Virus record (IMG/VR): IMGVR_UViG_3300025316_000014
Span: 2,090-66,089 of that record
Length of the DNA: 64,000 nucleotides
Source: a virus
Lineage: Duplodnaviria > Caudoviricetes
Direction: 5' to 3' (one strand)
Both the position numbers and the translations under genes were made by a program. The stretch's first letter is position 1. Every line of letters begins with the position of its first letter. Positions 35,625 to 46,448 of the stretch are shown piece after piece. The notes under the pieces are model-generated. The model saw nothing but the letters and a program-made list of their open reading frames with translations, searched no databases and was not told where the DNA came from.

Positions 35625-36935
35625 ATGGCGATTATCCTTTCGGATAAACAAAAAGAGGCAATGACAAATGCGGATCAACGATGGAATTTGTTTATTGGAG
35701 CGACTCGTTCCGGTAAATCGTATGTTCAGCAAATGCTTATTCCTCGTCGCGTGAAAGAAAACATTCCGGGTTTATATATTCTTATGGCGAAGACTCAAAG
35801 CAATGTTGAGTCAAATATTTTATCGCCAATGAGAGATATATTAGGCCCGGAATTTATTTCACGTATCCGCAATATTAATGGTGTGACAGTAGCGAAGATA
35901 TTCGGAAAATCCTTTAGTATATTAGGCGGGGATAATATTCGGGCAGTCGATAAAATTCGAGGCAAGACGATCGGTTATGCAGCCGTTGACGAAGGGCCGA
36001 CGCTTCCTCATCCTCTTATTCAACTTCTTAAGACCCGGTTCACTGACCCTAGAGCAAAAGCTGATATTACAGGAAATCCTGAAGGACCACGGCATACATT
36101 CAAACTTGATCTTATCGATCGCGGCACATTGCCGCCTGGACATAAGGATTACCTTCGGGGAGTATATCATTTATCCTTTGGCTTGCTTGACAATCCTTCA
36201 TTAACTGATGATATTCGGGAACAGTTATGTTCAGAACTTCGTGGGGTTTGGTATAAGCGATTAATTTTGGGGTTGTGGGCGGCGGCTGAAGACGCAATTT
36301 ATGATATGTTTGATCCCGATAAACATATTACCGAAATTGATCCACAAGAAAATCAAGTCTATCGTCGATATGTCGGTCTTGACTATGGAACAGGGGCGCC
36401 TTCCGCTTTCATAAAGTTAGCATTATTGCATACAGGGCAATGGATTGTGACACATGAATATTACTGGGATAGCCAAAAAGAAATGGCAGAAAAAACGGAT
36501 GCGCAATATGTCGCGGATCTTCATCGGTTTGTTGCAAATCCATTATCACCGTCTGTTATTGATCCAACGATTGCAAGTATTTATGCAGACCCATCAGCAA
36601 AATCATTTATTCTTGCTGCGAAACGGGAACGCCTTCCTATAACGCTTGCAAACAATTCTGTTGTCGATGGTATTCGTCATGTCGCATCATTATTCGGCGC
36701 CGATAAATTACTTATTCATAAGCGATGTGAACAACTTTTGAATGAACTACCCGGATATACTTGGGATGCGAAAGTGGCGGAACGAGGAGAAGACGCTCCG
36801 GTGAAAAAGGACGACCATGCGTGTGATGCTATGCGGTATGGAATTTGGTCTACCATTGCGATATCAAAATCATCTTCTCGTGGTGTCATTCCTCAAACAG
36901 CGCAAAGTCAATTTGCTCGCCTTCGTGGAATGTAA
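35625..36935 (+). CDS. terL: Terminase large subunit (PBSX-like)
   Basis: GATRSGKS, AVDEG, TGNP, GLDYG, DPSA, DDHACDAMRY. Confidence 0.93.
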   Translation: MAIILSDKQKEAMTNADQRWNLFIGATRSGKSYVQQMLIPRRVKENIPGLYILMAKTQSNVESNILSPMRDILGPEFISRIRNINGVTVAKIFGKSFSILGGDNIRAVDKIRGKTIGYAAVDEGPTLPHPLIQLLKTRFTDPRAKADITGNPEGPRHTFKLDLIDRGTLPPGHKDYLRGVYHLSFGLLDNPSLTDDIREQLCSELRGVWYKRLILGLWAAAEDAIYDMFDPDKHITEIDPQENQVYRRYVGLDYGTGAPSAFIKLALLHTGQWIVTHEYYWDSQKEMAEKTDAQYVADLHRFVANPLSPSVIDPTIASIYADPSAKSFILAAKRERLPITLANNSVVDGIRHVASLFGADKLLIHKRCEQLLNELPGYTWDAKVAERGEDAPVKKDDHACDAMRYGIWSTIAISKSSSRGVIPQTAQSQFARLRGM

Positions 36936-37025
36936 TTGTCTATATTAACGGTGATAATATAGGTTTGTATTTTATCAGGATATGGTATAATATACAGAAG
37001 TCCCTGAAATATAAAGGAGTAAATC

Positions 37026-37313
37026 ATGACGAAAGCAGAAGCTCAGAAAGCTTATGATGAAGCGAAAGCGGAACTTATTAGTGCGGAAAAAGGCTATGCA
37101 GAATTGCAAAAAGAATTACAGGCAGAGGTTGACGACTGGACAACTGAACTTCAAAATCTGAAGGGTTCTGGATCTGCCGGCAAAATTGCTCATGCTAAGG
37201 ATAAAATCCGTGAAGCGAAATCTGGGATGGGGCGATCCCATGATTTAGGTCTCACCATGGCACTGGGCAAAGCCACTGCAGCCAAGAAAGTACTTGATTC
37301 TATTAAAAGGTAA
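37026..37313 (+). CDS. Conserved-ends helical ORF family, copy 11
   Basis: MTKAEAQKAYDEAK...KATAAKKVLDSIKR; has its own promoter upstream. Confidence 0.75.
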   Translation: MTKAEAQKAYDEAKAELISAEKGYAELQKELQAEVDDWTTELQNLKGSGSAGKIAHAKDKIREAKSGMGRSHDLGLTMALGKATAAKKVLDSIKR

Positions 37314-37316
37314 CAA

Positions 37317-37757
37317 ATGGAAGCTCCATCATTAACTGATTCAATGACTCCATCAGAACAAACAAAATTTGCCGCATATTGCCAGGCGAATAATGGACTT
37401 GTTTCTGCTTCTTTTGACGCGGAAGTAAGCATTAAACAATTGACGAAAGATTTCAATTTGCTCAGTCTAAAATGGACTGCGATCGCGGCACTTTTTCAAG
37501 GAGTTGTCTGCGATATTCCTGAAACCGACCCACGGTGGAGTATTGAATATGTAAAAGTGCTTCGGTTATTAGCGAATGATCGTACTCGGAATTTATCTCT
37601 TGAACAGCTCGACGCTATTGACTCCATGTGCTATCATTGCAATAATCATAGACCAGGAGAATTTTTTGATTGTATGATTACAGAAGGCGAACGAACAACC
37701 GGTCGTTCGGCAGCAACATCAGTATTAGAATGCGAGAAGTTGGTGTGGAGGGAATAA
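37317..37757 (+). CDS. Hypothetical protein
   Basis: Coupled to copy 11; CYHC motif. Confidence 0.55.
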   Translation: MEAPSLTDSMTPSEQTKFAAYCQANNGLVSASFDAEVSIKQLTKDFNLLSLKWTAIAALFQGVVCDIPETDPRWSIEYVKVLRLLANDRTRNLSLEQLDAIDSMCYHCNNHRPGEFFDCMITEGERTTGRSAATSVLECEKLVWRE

Positions 37758-37758
37758 G

Positions 37759-39339
37759 TTGGCAATTCCTACTGAAGATGAGAAAAAGAAATTCTGGACG
37801 CAGAAGCATTCTGATGAATACCGCAGAATCATACAAATGAGGACATTGTATGAAGGTAAGCATTGTATCGTCTTATATGACCGCGAAGGTGGATGGAAAC
37901 TTCCAATTTATGTTACACACAACTGGCTGGGCGATCGCTTAACAAATACATTAACTTCTATGTGCTGGCGGCAATTCCCTTATATTAAAGCTGAAGAAAA
38001 AAATCGCCAAGATGATGTACAATCAATATTGAAAGATGCGGCTATTCGTACTCTCACAGCAAATACACAAAACGCCGTAAGTTATGCTGGTTATGCTTCT
38101 TTATATCTCACTTGGTCCCAACGATTAGGTATGCCTATTCTTCGTCGTTGGGGGGAGAATATCGGTGAATTTGCCTGGTGGGAATTAGAAGGACACACTC
38201 CGTGGGCCGTGACTTTTTATAAAGAAGAAATGCTGGCTAAATATAAAGGGCGGGAAAATGTTCGCGTAAAAGTCGGTGAACGATTTGAATTAGATCCGCA
38301 AAAGAAACAAGTTATGGTGACGAATTCAGCATATCTTGTTTCGTCTACAATGGGAAGTGTTGGCAGCTTTACTGACCCTTGGAACCTCGCCGCGGAAAAA
38401 GATCCTTCAAGCCAGTTAGGCGGAGTGAATTTAGACGAAAATATACCGCTTAATATTATCTACCCTAACAATACTCCAAAAGATAAAGCCGTGATGAACA
38501 TGGATTGTTTACCTGGATGTCCTGTTGAAAATACCGGCGAAGGGTTAGGGACAACTGATTATACAGAATCGCTCATCAGCCTACAAAAAAGTATGGCACG
38601 GTTAGCAACACAACGGGATATTGCTATTGTGATTAATGAAATGCCTGCTTTAAATGTACCTGCTCATTGTTTGAATCCGGATGGGACTTTAGACTTGGGC
38701 AAAATCTGGGTGACAATGAGCGACCCTGGAGAAGACCCTAAAAATACTATTCCTATTAATTTTAATAACTGGACTGGTAATTTAAACGAGTCGGCAAAAC
38801 AGTGGGAATTGAATGACGCAGCATTTTATGCCTTAAGCGGGTTATCGCCAGCAATTGATGGGAAAGCAGTTGGCGGCGGTGGTGAATCCGGATATGCTCG
38901 CATGCTAGGATTAATTAAGCCAACTTCTGCAATTGAAATGCGTCGTTTACATTGGGACCCAGTATTCGAGTGGATGATGCGAGCTGTCCCACAAATTGAC
39001 CAGTCTTTAGGAAAAGGTAAATATGGCGATTCTATTAATGATATTGCCATTATGTGGCCAACGGTCATTCCCGAAGATCCTGATACCCTGACTACCCGCA
39101 TCGGTCAAGGGTTCCAAAAATGGGTAAGCCGTAAAACTGCGGTAACAATATCAAACCCGACCTGGTCCCCAGATCAAGTTGACTCGGAATTGAAGCAATT
39201 AAACGATGAACTTGATGAAGCTTCCGCAATTGCAACTGCAGGAGTAGAAAAACCGGATTTAGGGAATTTGCCGTCAAAGATTAAGCCTGAAGTTGTTCCT
39301 GAAGTTATCCCTGAAATTAAATTAGAAAAAGGGGGATAA
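37759..39339 (+). CDS. Portal protein (SPP1-like)
   Basis: Position after TerL, 526 aa, YEGKH, G.TDY, ESG.A, SRKTAV....P.W....V..EL. Confidence 0.75.
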   Translation: MAIPTEDEKKKFWTQKHSDEYRRIIQMRTLYEGKHCIVLYDREGGWKLPIYVTHNWLGDRLTNTLTSMCWRQFPYIKAEEKNRQDDVQSILKDAAIRTLTANTQNAVSYAGYASLYLTWSQRLGMPILRRWGENIGEFAWWELEGHTPWAVTFYKEEMLAKYKGRENVRVKVGERFELDPQKKQVMVTNSAYLVSSTMGSVGSFTDPWNLAAEKDPSSQLGGVNLDENIPLNIIYPNNTPKDKAVMNMDCLPGCPVENTGEGLGTTDYTESLISLQKSMARLATQRDIAIVINEMPALNVPAHCLNPDGTLDLGKIWVTMSDPGEDPKNTIPINFNNWTGNLNESAKQWELNDAAFYALSGLSPAIDGKAVGGGGESGYARMLGLIKPTSAIEMRRLHWDPVFEWMMRAVPQIDQSLGKGKYGDSINDIAIMWPTVIPEDPDTLTTRIGQGFQKWVSRKTAVTISNPTWSPDQVDSELKQLNDELDEASAIATAGVEKPDLGNLPSKIKPEVVPEVIPEIKLEKGG

Positions 39340-39398
39340 TTGCAATAATTGAAAGTGGTCGATAATAACAAACTGTCTAATCTAATAAGGAGTATGTT

Positions 39399-39569
39399 AT
39401 GAGTAAGAAGGATGTCTTCGGCACACCGAAGGGCCGTGAAATTCCGGCATACGCTAATGACCCGATGAAGGTGCCGCATGCTGGGAATGGTGGAGTGAGA
39501 GTGGTAGGCGGTCCCGAATTAGCAATGAGTCGGGAAGAGCAAAATAATCGGAAGACTGAAACGGAATAA
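39399..39569 (+). CDS. 56-aa hypothetical protein (not in the ORF track)
   Basis: SD AAGGAG; MSKKDVFGTPKGRE...; followed by a terminator. Confidence 0.5.
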   Translation: MSKKDVFGTPKGREIPAYANDPMKVPHAGNGGVRVVGGPELAMSREEQNNRKTETE

Positions 39570-39608
39570 ACTCTTGGAATAATTTAGACTGCCAAAGGAA
39601 TTGGCGGT

Positions 39609-39646
39609 GACTGGCGGCGTGCCTTCTCCGCTGCCAGTCTTTTTTA
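39609..39646 (+). terminator. Intrinsic terminator
   Basis: GACTGGCGGCG/CGCTGCCAGTC stem followed by T6. Confidence 0.8.
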
Positions 39647-39677
39647 TTATAACTTTCCTTTATCATAAGGTAAATTA

Positions 39678-42600
39678 ATGTCAATACATTTTGAAAATCA
39701 ACTTCAGGCGATTAAGTACTGCGAAGGGAAATATCCTACAGTGCATTTTGACTTTGGCGGAATGTCGCTTGAAGTACTCGATCAATTAATCCCACAAATC
39801 AATAAGTTAGCTATTGAATATCCTGGAGTTATGAATCAAATGAAATTGATCGGCCGTGGGTTGCATGGTGAATGTGAAGGGGGTTATGCTTCAATAAATG
39901 ATGCCGGGAATGCTATTCATTTGAATGAAAAATACTTTTCAAATGCGGAGTTATTTAAGCAATGCTTGCAAGAAGATGCTGCGGAGGATTTTCACCCAGA
40001 AGGGTGTAATACATTTGCAAGCGTATTTTCTCATGAATTCGGCCATGCGGTTGAAACTTATATGCGGACTCCGGATGCAAATCTTGGAGAAGGATCTGCT
40101 TTAGCAGGAGCATTCGCTGATAAAATGTATGGCTCATCGTCATTGTCTCATTATTCTCAAACAAACCCTAATGAAGCATTCGCTGAAGGTTTCGCTGCAA
40201 TACACCATGCGCCTCCAGGGGCTGGTTGTCTAAAGACACGATATATTGAACAGCAACAGACACTCTTGAATGTTGTCAAAAAACGTGACCCATTATCTGG
40301 AGCTGAAACAGAAAAGCTCGCAAATGAAATGGGACTACCTAACCTCTACAATAAGCCAGTTCAAGTTGACCAGCTTAACGTGGTAAAGAATGTGGAGGGA
40401 ACAGAGGAAGGCCTACAACCTGGAAAGTTCGCAACAATCAAAGAAGCGCAAGCCTGGATGAAGCAACATTATCCAAAGATTATTTGTACTGGTTTCTCGG
40501 AAGCGCATGTTGATTGTTTAAATCCTACGATTGAACAATTCCATATTCTTGCTCAAAAGTATCCAAAAGTCGCTAAGTCATTACAACGGATTAGTGTAGA
40601 GAAAATGCCGGCGGATATTTATGCGCAAGCTTCTGGCGAGTCAGCCTTACTCTTGAACCCTAAATATTATGGTAACCCTAAATTATTTAATAAGGTACTT
40701 ACTGAAGACTCGAATATAGGATTTGGGCCGAAGGGATGTGGAACAATTGCCGCGATATTAACCCATGAATTTGGGCATAGTGTTCAAGAAGCATATAATC
40801 TTATCCCTCCGGAGTCAGGAAACAAAGAGAAGTTTTTCGCAAACCATCCGGATATTTCAAGAATTTCGCAATATGCTATGACAAATTATCGTGAAGCGTT
40901 CGCTGAATCTTTTGTCGTTTTAAATACTCCAACTGCCTCTGACGTTGCACGTTATACTCCGTATGTTACAGACTTGGCACGGTGGTCAGAAAACTTGCAG
41001 AAAAAGAATGCAGAAAAAGCCGCAAAAGCTGCACAAAAAGCTGTTCTGCCGGAGAAAGAAAAAAGGGCATCCGAACCTTCTACGAATACGGAAAATATTC
41101 TTCCAAAGCCGAAACCTGAGGTTATTAAGCCAGCATCCCCTCCTCCTGTTGACCCAGAAACACAACAACTTTTGGATTGGTATCAACGCATCGAGGCGCA
41201 ATTAACTGAACAACTGACCGCGTCATTATTGGCAACTTCTCCTCATGAATATGCGCTTGCTCAGGATAGACTGCGGCAAGTGGAAAATGAGATTGGCAGA
41301 CTGCGGGGAGCGGCTGATACTTGGGATGAGCATGTTATTCGAGCAAGTTTTCATCAAGGTCAGCAATATGCCGCTGATGAATTATTAGCGACGGGCATTT
41401 CATCGTTTGAACAACAATCTTTTAATACTATTCCTACAGAATTATTAAAATTATTAGCATCAGAAGTTGCTGGTAAACGTGATGGAATGATATCGAATAT
41501 CCTGCGGCAACAACATGATTATCTTCGGACGCTTGCTTCTGGGGAATTAGCCGAAGGATTTGGTCTTGGCAAGTCTGCATACGCAATTGGATCAGCTATC
41601 CGAAATGGAACGATCAATCAAATCAGAAATGGCAGAGCTATTCAAGATCTTGCGGACGGAATTGTACAAACAACTGGCGTGCGCTATTCGGATGGATCTA
41701 TCCATAGTTTACAGGCTTATGGGCAGATGGCCGCTCGTACAGGAACAATGGCAGCATACGCCGTTGGAGCTCAGCAAAATTTTATTGATATGGGTGTTCA
41801 TGTTGCCTCAGTGAGTAAACAAGGTTCTTTGTGCTATATTTGCCGACCGCTTGAAGGAAAATGTTTTGCTTTAGACGAAGAAGGGGAGAAACAAGGATAT
41901 CCGCCATTAGGGAAATATCGTTTCCCGTTACACCCTAATTGTTTACACTCTTTAGTACCGGAAATGTTTCCTGATAAAAAAGAAGATTTGTTACCACCGA
42001 AAGCATTCCTGCAAGGAGATAAGCGGGAGATGCTCCGTCAATTCAAAGAATCTAATAACTCCGATTATAAAATGTCGCGAAGAGGATTTACCAGTCGGGA
42101 TCAAGTGAGAACTTGGCGGAATGCTAATCCTGATGTTGCATCAGAAGATCTTCGTGGGCCAAGGTATCGATATGCTGGAATTGAAAAGCGACGAAATCAT
42201 GCAGTAGAAGCAATGCTTCAAGACCCCAAACTTACGTATGCCGCAGCGATGTCTCGTCAAACTGCTCAATTTATGAAATCAAGCGAATATATTCGGCTTG
42301 TTCCACCGGTGACGCCAACAGAACAAAAAAGGCGGGTACGGTTTGGAGCAATGTCGCTTCCGGATATGCCTGCAATGCAGAATAAATATGTTCAGGAAAT
42401 GAAAAAGCAATTAGGTTCTGTTGACTATATTGACTATAGCGGTAATGAACCGACAAGCCATTTTATGTATCCAGACGGGACAGTGACAAAACCTCTTCAA
42501 GATGGACATTGGGATATTGCATCGGACATATCAGATAATATTAATGAATCTATTGGAATAAATCTTGACGGATTTTTGCATAAGTCTGGCACAATCCGGA

Positions 42601-45320
42601 TTGCTACAACTGTGAAGAACAGTCAACCTGATTATACAGCTGTTCAAATTTCTGGTCCGATTACTCATGCACAATTAGATGCCTTAGTTAATATATCTAA
42701 GGAAAGTGAATTTACTCTTGTTGAATATTATGAAACACCAGGAGCAAAAGTACAGGAATTTAATACAAAAACAATTGGTCGAATTCCTATTATCACGGCG
42801 ACGACCCCAGCAGAGACTGCCGCTTTTACTCCTGCTGGAGTATACCCGAAGTATGAAGGGAAATTCAAATCTCTTGCTGATGCTCAACAATACTGCCAGA
42901 AAAAATGGCCAGACAAAACTTTTGATTTTGGCAAGGGCCGATGGGAAATGCACATTGATACTGTTGGGCCGACTGTCGAAAGAATGGAGGAAATGTTCAA
43001 ACAGTACCCTGCGGCAGAACAGGAATTTTCTGGGATCATGCCGGATATAGACCCCTATGCGTTTGCTTCAGCGATAACGCAACCCGGTAAAGGGACGTTG
43101 CTGCGATTGTCCTCGGAATGGTATAAAGACCCACAAAAATTCCATGAAGAATTGGCCAGGTCTGTTGCTGTAGGTTTTCACCCGGAAGGGTGTGATACTT
43201 TTACAAGTATTTTTGACCATGAATTTGGCCATGTTATTGCGAAAGCGTATAACGATATTCCTATCCCTGGAGGAATTAAGCCATATGATCAACCGTTATT
43301 CGGTAATGAGGATGTTCAGGATATTAAGACTCTTTCAGAATATGCCGCATCAAATGCTGATGAAGCGTTTGCCGAAGCATTCTGCGCATTGAAAAATTCT
43401 CCTAAAGGTGTCGCATGTTTGACAGCGCATTATACTGAAAAGGTAAAAAAATGGTTAGCAGAACCATTACAACGACGAAAGAAAGTAGAAAGAACGGTAG
43501 ATATTGTATTGCCAGATGAAGTAATGCAAAAATCGATGCCTGCTCCTAAAGGTGTTACTCCGCTTATTCCAGGATCAATAACTAAAAAAGAAGCGGAAAA
43601 GCAAGATAAAAAGTTATACGAATTATTGCGGGCAGGGCCGGGTGGTGCAAATGATAAAGAGTGCAAAGCACACATTATGCGAACCCTTTCGCAAAAACTT
43701 ATTAAAAATTCTGCATGGCGGGAGTATGCCGGAATTGACGCAGAGAGTGAAGCTATAGAAATTCAATATAGGGAAGCAAAAAAGATTGCGGATATATCCC
43801 CCGTTGATTACCCTGAAGTTATCCAGGCGAGAGAGATAAAAAGAAAAGCTATATCAGAATTTGAATCTGCTCAAAAAGTGGCAGCTAAATTTAAGGAAAA
43901 ATTTGAATGGATGCGATCAGCAATGTATAAAGCAAAAACTGATGGAGCTCCTGAGTATGCCCAATTAGTTGAGGATACATTGGCAGCTAAAAAAGGGTGG
44001 GATGAAGCAATCGCTTATGAAGAAGAAGAAGGGTATAGATTGCGGACTGCTATTTCAGAAGCACAAAAAGCAGATGTAGACGCATATGAAGACGCAAGAA
44101 CTGCTCAATATGAGGCTAAAGAAAAAGCAGAAAAACTTCTTGCTAAAACCGCGACGGCTAAATCTGAAAAGGCTGTCTCAGATGGGGTGAAACAATGGGC
44201 AATAACAAGCGGCAAAGCTCCGCTGTCTATTGCGATTCAGCTTGCTACTCATGATGAATTCAATCTTGCTTCTTCGGCAGCATTCCCTGGTGACTTTCGG
44301 CCAGCAACTATTGTTACTGCAAAAGCTGAAGTAGAAAGAACTGATAAAGCCAGAAATGATGCTGTAACTGCTCCTTCTATGGGAGAAGAGGAATGGCAAC
44401 AAATTGATAGGAATGCAGGATTAGCTAAGCGCCATTTAGCTCAGTTAGAAATGTTAGCCGCTTCCGGGTATAAAGAAGCATTCATTGCTCATTCTAAAAT
44501 AAAAGCAAGGATTACGACTCTTGAAACAATGTTATTAGAACAGAGAATAACATCATCAACCCAAATTGAAGAATTAAATGATTTGCGGGATCAAGCACAA
44601 GAACTTGCTCAACGGGAAGTACAAACTTTTCATGCGATAAAAAATAATTTATCTCAGGATGATGTTACTAATGCGGTAAGTTTTATACAAGCTGAGGCTA
44701 TTTATAAAGAGAACGGGGAAACACTAAAAGCATTCGTTCGTGCTCAATATGACGAGACTCAGGCATGGTTTAAAGAGCATAAAATTAAGGAAGTTATTTT
44801 ATATCGCGGGATGGGGTTAGAAGGTAGTAGAGAAAAAAATGTTCCGCAGCAAGAAGATGTCCTCTTAAGACCATTGTCTTCATTCGCTCATAGTCTTAAG
44901 GTTGCAACAGATTTTCATGGCGATCAAGGGCAGGATATTGTTCTTGGCGTGCATGCCCCGGTTAGCCAAATTTTATCGAATACAAATACTGGTGCCGGGT
45001 GTCTAAATGAGGATGAAATGGTTGTACTTGGCGGGCATATTGCCGCCACAGTGGTTGCTCCTGGTTTAGTGACTTATAATACGATAGAAAACCTTGAAGA
45101 AGCATTTTATGGTAAAGACTTATTATCACTGGAAGGCTTAAGAAAAGACGCTAAACAGAAAAAAGAAATGCTTGCAGATCATGAATCTAAAATGACAGAG
45201 GATTCTACTATTAAAAGTGCCAATATTTTAACAACATTAAAGAAAATATACAGAGGTGCTCTTGAAAAATATATTAAGGCTGGAGGAGATGAACGAGATT
45301 TATATGACGAAAGTGACTGA
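39678..45320 (+). CDS. Giant MuF/minor-capsid polyvalent protein with three zincin domains and a C-terminal ADP-ribosyltransferase
   Basis: Three HEFGH...Y...N..EAFAE repeats; MAARTG, CYIC, HPNCLH (MuF); LYRG, LSSF, NEDE (R-S-E ART). Confidence 0.8.
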   Translation: MSIHFENQLQAIKYCEGKYPTVHFDFGGMSLEVLDQLIPQINKLAIEYPGVMNQMKLIGRGLHGECEGGYASINDAGNAIHLNEKYFSNAELFKQCLQEDAAEDFHPEGCNTFASVFSHEFGHAVETYMRTPDANLGEGSALAGAFADKMYGSSSLSHYSQTNPNEAFAEGFAAIHHAPPGAGCLKTRYIEQQQTLLNVVKKRDPLSGAETEKLANEMGLPNLYNKPVQVDQLNVVKNVEGTEEGLQPGKFATIKEAQAWMKQHYPKIICTGFSEAHVDCLNPTIEQFHILAQKYPKVAKSLQRISVEKMPADIYAQASGESALLLNPKYYGNPKLFNKVLTEDSNIGFGPKGCGTIAAILTHEFGHSVQEAYNLIPPESGNKEKFFANHPDISRISQYAMTNYREAFAESFVVLNTPTASDVARYTPYVTDLARWSENLQKKNAEKAAKAAQKAVLPEKEKRASEPSTNTENILPKPKPEVIKPASPPPVDPETQQLLDWYQRIEAQLTEQLTASLLATSPHEYALAQDRLRQVENEIGRLRGAADTWDEHVIRASFHQGQQYAADELLATGISSFEQQSFNTIPTELLKLLASEVAGKRDGMISNILRQQHDYLRTLASGELAEGFGLGKSAYAIGSAIRNGTINQIRNGRAIQDLADGIVQTTGVRYSDGSIHSLQAYGQMAARTGTMAAYAVGAQQNFIDMGVHVASVSKQGSLCYICRPLEGKCFALDEEGEKQGYPPLGKYRFPLHPNCLHSLVPEMFPDKKEDLLPPKAFLQGDKREMLRQFKESNNSDYKMSRRGFTSRDQVRTWRNANPDVASEDLRGPRYRYAGIEKRRNHAVEAMLQDPKLTYAAAMSRQTAQFMKSSEYIRLVPPVTPTEQKRRVRFGAMSLPDMPAMQNKYVQEMKKQLGSVDYIDYSGNEPTSHFMYPDGTVTKPLQDGHWDIASDISDNINESIGINLDGFLHKSGTIRIATTVKNSQPDYTAVQISGPITHAQLDALVNISKESEFTLVEYYETPGAKVQEFNTKTIGRIPIITATTPAETAAFTPAGVYPKYEGKFKSLADAQQYCQKKWPDKTFDFGKGRWEMHIDTVGPTVERMEEMFKQYPAAEQEFSGIMPDIDPYAFASAITQPGKGTLLRLSSEWYKDPQKFHEELARSVAVGFHPEGCDTFTSIFDHEFGHVIAKAYNDIPIPGGIKPYDQPLFGNEDVQDIKTLSEYAASNADEAFAEAFCALKNSPKGVACLTAHYTEKVKKWLAEPLQRRKKVERTVDIVLPDEVMQKSMPAPKGVTPLIPGSITKKEAEKQDKKLYELLRAGPGGANDKECKAHIMRTLSQKLIKNSAWREYAGIDAESEAIEIQYREAKKIADISPVDYPEVIQAREIKRKAISEFESAQKVAAKFKEKFEWMRSAMYKAKTDGAPEYAQLVEDTLAAKKGWDEAIAYEEEEGYRLRTAISEAQKADVDAYEDARTAQYEAKEKAEKLLAKTATAKSEKAVSDGVKQWAITSGKAPLSIAIQLATHDEFNLASSAAFPGDFRPATIVTAKAEVERTDKARNDAVTAPSMGEEEWQQIDRNAGLAKRHLAQLEMLAASGYKEAFIAHSKIKARITTLETMLLEQRITSSTQIEELNDLRDQAQELAQREVQTFHAIKNNLSQDDVTNAVSFIQAEAIYKENGETLKAFVRAQYDETQAWFKEHKIKEVILYRGMGLEGSREKNVPQQEDVLLRPLSSFAHSLKVATDFHGDQGQDIVLGVHAPVSQILSNTNTGAGCLNEDEMVVLGGHIAATVVAPGLVTYNTIENLEEAFYGKDLLSLEGLRKDAKQKKEMLADHESKMTEDSTIKSANILTTLKKIYRGALEKYIKAGGDERDLYDESD

Positions 45321-45349
45321 AACAGCATAAAGATGGGTATAATAAATAT

Positions 45350-45562
45350 ATGTTATATCCTGATAATAATCCAAATAATGCTGATTGGACAAAACAACAA
45401 TGGAACCTTCCTCCCTATAAATCTCCGGAATTCAATTCCGGACTTGTAGCAAGCGGGTTAACATTAGATCAATTCAAAAAATTACCAGTTTACTTATCGG
45501 CAGTCAAGCGTGGGCTTATTGTGGACGATGAGTGGAAAGGAAAAGCTGATGGCTATGAATAA
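45350..45562 (+). CDS. Small protein downstream of the toxin domain (immunity candidate)
   Basis: Position; GGGTATAAT immediately upstream (possibly leaderless). Confidence 0.5.
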   Translation: MLYPDNNPNNADWTKQQWNLPPYKSPEFNSGLVASGLTLDQFKKLPVYLSAVKRGLIVDDEWKGKADGYE

Positions 45563-45797
45563 TCCTGTGCTTTCAGATACGATGTCCGCTAAAGGAGGTT
45601 GTGGATGTTTATTTATTATACTCCTTTTTGTAATCTTTTGTGTCTGGTGGATGAATACTTTCGGCGAGGCAGGATACCAGCAGGAAGTACAATATTATCG
45701 AAACAATATGACACAACAGGATAAAATTAACGTGGTTAATGATTATCAGAAGGAACAACGACAAAAAGCAGAAGACCGAAAATATGGAGGAGAATGA
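45555..45797 (+). CDS. Small membrane protein
   Basis: GCGCLFIILLFVIFCVWW TM helix. Confidence 0.45.
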   Translation: MNNPVLSDTMSAKGGCGCLFIILLFVIFCVWWMNTFGEAGYQQEVQYYRNNMTQQDKINVVNDYQKEQRQKAEDRKYGGE

Positions 45798-45798
45798 T

Positions 45799-46107
45799 AT
45801 GATTGGGCCAGCGCCTATTTGTATGAATTGTGCGTTATTTTCTCGGAATAAAAACGCGGCTCCACTATCATGCAAAGCATTCCCTGATGGAATTTCTGAC
45901 GCCATTATTATGGGGAAGGTTGTTCATGACCATTTAGTGGCAGGGGATAATGGGTTTACATTTACTCCTAACACCGGACAGATATTCCTTATTTTTCGTC
46001 ATGGACAATCACTTCCATGTGGAGCTGGGAATACAAAAGCTGAAGCAGAAATTACTGCTGAAAGATTATCTTTTATTTTTGATGAAAAATGTATCATAAA
46101 GCCATAA
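45799..46107 (+). CDS. Cys-rich CxxC...CxAFPDGI protein typical of MuF neighbourhoods
   Basis: SD GGAGGAG; CMNC, CKAFPDGI, HDH. Confidence 0.55.
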   Translation: MIGPAPICMNCALFSRNKNAAPLSCKAFPDGISDAIIMGKVVHDHLVAGDNGFTFTPNTGQIFLIFRHGQSLPCGAGNTKAEAEITAERLSFIFDEKCIIKP

Positions 46108-46178
46108 ATTATATGTTTGCTTCTGTAAAGGAACGTGGTATAATATACTTAATAAGTTCCTGGAAGGAAATATAAACC

Positions 46179-46448
46179 ATGCGTATGAATAACAACGAGT
46201 CAAAAACTTCAATTACAACACCACGGGGGAATACCGCTTTTTTGGATATCGTAACAGACAACGATGGGACTCACGTGGAGGTTAGTAGCGGAGGAATTTC
46301 TGTGGAAAATCGTTCTAGCCTTCCTTCTGATGTAAGCTTGGTTGATAAAACAGTTGTTGAATATGATGATCTTCGGACGAATATCAACCACCTTAATCCA
46401 ATAGATATTACAGAAGAGGATGACGACGACAAAGAGGACGACGGCTAA
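46179..46448 (+). CDS. Acidic hypothetical protein (moron-like)
   Basis: Own TGGTATAAT promoter; acidic C-terminal tail. Confidence 0.55.
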   Translation: MRMNNNESKTSITTPRGNTAFLDIVTDNDGTHVEVSSGGISVENRSSLPSDVSLVDKTVVEYDDLRTNINHLNPIDITEEDDDDKEDDG

